Shown one piece after another: positions 60,296 to 64,000 of a stretch of 64,000 nt of DNA. The notes under the pieces are model-generated. The model made no database searches. It was not told the origin of the DNA and worked only from the letters and a program-made list of their open reading frames with translations. The stretch's first letter is position 1. Every line of letters begins with the position of its first letter. The DNA lies in contig CADCCF010000002.1 in NCBI GenBank assembly GCA_902799835.1, forward strand, positions 7,338 to 71,337, read 5' to 3'. Source of the DNA: an uncultured Pseudomonadota bacterium. GTDB taxonomy: Bacteria > Pseudomonadota > Alphaproteobacteria > RF32 > CAG-239. The position numbers and the translations under genes are program-made.

Positions 60296-61164
60296 TGGCG
60301 ATTTTTGTTAACAAAGATACTCTTGTTGTATGCCAAGGTATAACCGGTACCCAAGCCTCATTCCATGTCAAAAATTCATTGGATTATGGCACCAAAGTTG
60401 TCGCCGGCGTAACCCCTGATAAAGGCGGAACTTTGCATTTAGGTCTTCCGGTTTTTAACACTTTACAAGAAGCCGTCAAAGAAACCAAAGCTACTGCCAG
60501 TGTTATGTATGTTCCGGCATCACAGTTGAAAGCGGCTGTGCGTGAGGCGGTTGAAGCCGAGTTGGATTTGGCAGTCAGTATTGCTGCCGATGTTCCTTTG
60601 CGAGATATGCTTGAAATAAAAGCAATGCTTCGTGGTTGCAAAACCAAACTTATCGGCCCGAATACGCCGGGAATTATCACTCCCGATGAAGCCAGATTAG
60701 GTATTTTCCCCGTTGATATTCATAAAAAAGGCAATATCGGCGTTGTTTCGCGTTCATCAACTTTGACCTATGAGGCAGTTCTTTCCATCAATCGTGCTGG
60801 ATTGGGACAATCAACAGTAGTTGGTTTGGGTGATGACATTTTGATTGGTGTTGATTTTATTGATGTGATATCAGCGTTTAATCATGATGATGAAACCAAG
60901 GCAATCGTGATGATAGGTCAGCTGAGCGGGCCGTTTGAAGAAGCTGCTGCCGAATGGTATAAACGCCAACACAACAAAAAACCGGTTATAGCCTTTGTTG
61001 CCGGTGATGCCATGCCGTTTGATCACAATATGGGTTATGCCGGAGATATCCTGACCAATGGCTATGTTTCGGTTCAGGATAAAAAAGATGCGTTAGCTGA
61101 TGCCGGTATGATAGTGGTAAACACTGTCAGCGACATAACTAAAGCGTTGGTTAACCTAAAATGA
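60295..61164 (+). CDS. sucD: Succinyl-CoA synthetase alpha subunit.
   Basis: CoA-binding and ligase domains with a phospho-His region. Confidence 0.92.
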   Translation: MAIFVNKDTLVVCQGITGTQASFHVKNSLDYGTKVVAGVTPDKGGTLHLGLPVFNTLQEAVKETKATASVMYVPASQLKAAVREAVEAELDLAVSIAADVPLRDMLEIKAMLRGCKTKLIGPNTPGIITPDEARLGIFPVDIHKKGNIGVVSRSSTLTYEAVLSINRAGLGQSTVVGLGDDILIGVDFIDVISAFNHDDETKAIVMIGQLSGPFEEAAAEWYKRQHNKKPVIAFVAGDAMPFDHNMGYAGDILTNGYVSVQDKKDALADAGMIVVNTVSDITKALVNLK

Positions 61165-61886
61165 CGATTTGGCATAAAATTCTCAATTTTATATTACCGC
61201 CTCGTTGCGTCATCTGCGGAAAAATTTTGCCTGAAGATAAAGGCCTTTGTGATACTTGCATTCGGGAAATTGAATTTCTCAAATCTCCGGTTTGCCATCG
61301 TTGCGGTCAACCTTTGGGCGAAGTTGCGGCTGAAGATAATGTCCATTTGTTGTGCGGACAATGTTTGCAAAACAAACGTAAACCTTTTCGCCTTTCACGT
61401 TCAGCTTTTGCCTATGATGATTTTTCCAAAAAATTAATTTTGGATTTTAAATTTTACGATCACACGGAATTAGCTTCGCTACTGGCCAAGATGATGTTTG
61501 TTGCCGGCAACGAAATTTTTAAATCCGGTGTGGATGTGATAATACCGGTTCCCTTGCATTACACTCGTTTGATTTGGCGCAAGTATAATCAGTCATCACT
61601 TTTGGGTAAAGAATTGTCTGAGTTGACCGGTATTGAGGTTAATAATTCCGTTTTGCGTAAGATTCGTCGAACCAAGTCACAAGTAGAATGCAAAGGGTTT
61701 GCCCGATTGAAAAATTTGCAAGGTGCATTTGGTGTAAAGAATGGTCAACTAATCAAGGGTAAAAGAGTTTTGTTGATAGATGATGTTCTCACAACCGGCT
61801 CAACGCTTAAAGAATGTACTCAGGTTTTGAAACACGCCGGAGCCAAATCGGTTGATTGGCTGACCGTAGCGCGCACATCAATTTGA
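61161..61886 (+). CDS. comF: ComF-family protein (zinc finger plus phosphoribosyltransferase domain).
   Basis: CxxC...CxxC N-terminus. PRTase motif VLLIDDVLTTGST. Confidence 0.8.
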   Translation: MTIWHKILNFILPPRCVICGKILPEDKGLCDTCIREIEFLKSPVCHRCGQPLGEVAAEDNVHLLCGQCLQNKRKPFRLSRSAFAYDDFSKKLILDFKFYDHTELASLLAKMMFVAGNEIFKSGVDVIIPVPLHYTRLIWRKYNQSSLLGKELSELTGIEVNNSVLRKIRRTKSQVECKGFARLKNLQGAFGVKNGQLIKGKRVLLIDDVLTTGSTLKECTQVLKHAGAKSVDWLTVARTSI

Positions 61887-61991
61887 TTGTTAACATATTG
61901 TTAGCATTTTTTTGCTATACTGTTATCGGTTGGACAAAAAAGCTTGATTTTTTTATTATTTTATGATAGCACCCAATAATAGAACTATGGA

Positions 61992-62363
61992 TTGTTGAAT
62001 AAAATGATAATTGATAGCAATAATAAGATACAAAAAAGTATCCTGACTAATAAGTGCTTTTACCAAACAACAGCACGGATTATGCGTGACTTTGAAGAAA
62101 AGGGATATGCAAATTCGGCTGATGAGACGGTAAAGGCCATTTCGGCGTATCATGCTATCGTTCAAAAAAGAGTCAAAAATAACTACAATGCCGACTATAA
62201 TGCCGCCTTCAAACGTATTGATGATGCGATAAGCACATTGGCCAATCAAGTGTTTTATGACTGCGACAAAAAAAGTTTGGATTATGCTTATCAATCTTTT
62301 GAACATTTTGATCATATTAAGGCGATTGTAACTCGCCAACGCGCCAAAAAAGGCGAATTGTAA
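61992..62363 (+). CDS. Hypothetical protein (123 aa).
   Basis: ORF only. No strong SD. Confidence 0.4.
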   Translation: MLNKMIIDSNNKIQKSILTNKCFYQTTARIMRDFEEKGYANSADETVKAISAYHAIVQKRVKNNYNADYNAAFKRIDDAISTLANQVFYDCDKKSLDYAYQSFEHFDHIKAIVTRQRAKKGEL

Positions 62364-62475
62364 TTTTTTAATCCACCACGTATCTTGTTTTTGTAATATT
62401 GCCGTTGCGAAAATGTTTTTAATGGTCTAACATAGCTTCATTAACTACAATAGCATTGAAAGGCTTGAAGTAACT

Positions 62476-64000
62476 ATGACTAAAATATCACTAATCGGAT
62501 GTGGTCGTTGGGGCACATTTTTAGGATGGTATGTTGCCAATTATGGCAAGGCTGACGAAGTTTATATGTATGATATTCCGACTTCACCTAATTTTATTGA
62601 ACTGGAAAAAACTCGCAAAAACTCTTATTTGGCACTGAGTGACAATATGTTTTTGTTTGATAATTTGGCTAAGGTTTTGGAAAATGATTTTATTATCATA
62701 TCTATCGGATGCCAATATTTTCGAGGCCTTTGTAAAGAATTAAGTGCATATGATTTGAAAGGCAAAACATTTTTGTTGGCGATGAAAGGACTGGAAGAGC
62801 CATCTGGCGAAAGAATGCTTGATATTATGCGGGAAGAAATTAGCCAAAATATTTATATTGCTACTCTCGGTGGTCCTGGACATGTGCAAGATTATATGGC
62901 AGGCATACCTTCGGCTGCGGTTGTTGATAGTGATGATGATATGACCAAACAATACGTCATAAACATTATGCAGAGCCCCCTTATCAGATTATATTATGGA
63001 AATGATTTGATAGGTAACCAGATAGGAGCAGCCTTAAAAAATGTAATGGGGTTAGCTGCAGGTATTCTTGACGGATTGGGATGGAGTGGCCTTAAAGGTG
63101 CGTTAATAGCCCGTGCTCCGGTTGAGGTTGGACGTTTGATAAAATTTTACGGTGGCAATCCGATGACCGCTTATGGACTGTCGCACTTAGGAGATTATGA
63201 AGCTACGTTATTTTCCAAACATAGTCATAACCGCATGTTTGGTGAAAAATTTGCTCGTGGAGAAACATTTGAGAAGTTGGCCGAGGGTGTGCCAACCTTA
63301 AAAGCAGTAAAAATTATCGCTGATAATAACAATATTGATATGCCGATTTCACAAGCTTTATACCAAGCCATTTATGAAAAAGCAGACATTAAAGTTGTTA
63401 TCAAGAAATTATTTGAGCGATCATTAAAACAGGAATTTAAAGATATAAGCGCAACAAATTCCCAAACTACTAAAAAAATTGCTGAAATAGACGTCGAAAT
63501 TAAAACGGGCGATATAGTTAATGAAGAGGCAAATTGCATAGTTGTACCTGAATTTATCAACAAGGCTTCTTATGGCGGAGTAGGAGCATCAATTTGCCGA
63601 GCAGGTATGTATGCGGGAATTAAAGAATTTGATGATATGGCTCAAAGTAAAGATTTAAAATATGGTGATGCTATTTTTACTAAGAGTGGTAAAAATAATG
63701 TGTATTTATCTAACGTTGTAACCATCGGTGCTGATAGATCTCATCAGTTTATGACGGTGTTCAGTGCTGTTATGCATACTTTAGCACAGGCTGAAAAACT
63801 TGGTTTGAAAAGTGTTGCTATTCCTGAGTTGGGAACTGGCAAAGATGGAACTTTGACATCTCATCAATCAGCCAAAGCTATATTGGGAGCTGTTTATCAA
63901 TTTTCCAGAATGCGCCAAACCAAATCAGTTGAAAAAGTGGTAGTATTAAATTATCACGGTTCAATAGAAAAAGCCCAAAAGGTATTGGAAGAAGAAAGCT
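62476..64000 (+). CDS. gpsA: NAD(P)H-dependent glycerol-3-phosphate dehydrogenase with an in-frame C-terminal extension of at least 180 aa that resembles a macro (ADP-ribose-binding) domain. It runs off the window end.
   Basis: ATG 62476 (LIGCGRWGT Rossmann motif). The GpsA body ends near ...QALYQAIYEK... and the frame then stays open to 64000. Macro-like motifs are IKTGDIVNEEANCIVVP, YGGVGASICRAG and LKSVAIPELGTGKDG. It is absent from the ORF track because it has no stop in the window. Confidence 0.8.
   Translation, partial: MTKISLIGCGRWGTFLGWYVANYGKADEVYMYDIPTSPNFIELEKTRKNSYLALSDNMFLFDNLAKVLENDFIIISIGCQYFRGLCKELSAYDLKGKTFLLAMKGLEEPSGERMLDIMREEISQNIYIATLGGPGHVQDYMAGIPSAAVVDSDDDMTKQYVINIMQSPLIRLYYGNDLIGNQIGAALKNVMGLAAGILDGLGWSGLKGALIARAPVEVGRLIKFYGGNPMTAYGLSHLGDYEATLFSKHSHNRMFGEKFARGETFEKLAEGVPTLKAVKIIADNNNIDMPISQALYQAIYEKADIKVVIKKLFERSLKQEFKDISATNSQTTKKIAEIDVEIKTGDIVNEEANCIVVPEFINKASYGGVGASICRAGMYAGIKEFDDMAQSKDLKYGDAIFTKSGKNNVYLSNVVTIGADRSHQFMTVFSAVMHTLAQAEKLGLKSVAIPELGTGKDGTLTSHQSAKAILGAVYQFSRMRQTKSVEKVVVLNYHGSIEKAQKVLEEES

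Overview
This is an AT-rich Gram-negative chromosomal window. Gene content and order fit an alphaproteobacterium-like genome: PtsP/EI-Ntr, LpxI, a CheY-like single-domain regulator, and the run pyrH-frr-uppS-cdsA-rseP-bamA-lpxD-fabZ then lpxA-lpxI-lpxB. The taxon call is an inference from gene content only.

From about 7.1 kb to 62.4 kb the window is ordinary core genome. It carries nrdD/nrdG, a flavodiiron protein, cysS, gltX, mlaC, prmA, pepP, dnaE, prfA, rodZ, ptsP, thyA-folA, xseA, uppP, tRNA-Leu(CAG), the envelope and lipid A cluster, pal-cpoB, tilS, smpB, comEC, sufE-sucCD, comF and gpsA.

The first ~6.9 kb is a visibly more AT-rich accessory block. It ends at a tRNA-Pro(GGG) gene that has a degenerate partial copy of its own 3' half 120 bp away, which looks like an att-site scar. 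This block holds the most unusual content:
- A partial winged-HTH (WYL-class-like) regulator, divergent from a tightly packed three-gene cassette.
- The cassette's first gene is a phage-type NUMOD4/HNH_3 endonuclease domain fused to a DnaQ-like DEDD 3'-5' exonuclease domain. An in-frame TAA interrupts the exonuclease domain, and the motif III histidine is replaced by glutamine.
- The second gene encodes a 317-aa protein with no recognisable family.
- The third encodes a membrane-anchored protein built from six tandem ~17-aa repeats.
- The cassette is a candidate undescribed defense- or abortive-infection-like module, or a phage-derived nuclease module.
- Downstream is a stand-alone ThrRS catalytic plus anticodon-binding protein with no N-terminal TGS/editing domains. 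It has a near-consensus promoter and a structured 190-nt leader.
- A charged-repeat protein carries four perfect 18-bp tandem repeats.

Other notable observations:
- nrdD is split, with the glycyl-radical peptide encoded separately.
- Tandem NrdR-box-like palindromes lie upstream of nrdD.
- A degenerate DEAD-box domain-1-only protein is present.
- A GC-rich, structured gene-poor gap lies upstream of thyA.
- GpsA appears to carry a C-terminal macro-like domain that runs off the window end.

No CRISPR arrays, rRNA, transposases or integrases were seen.
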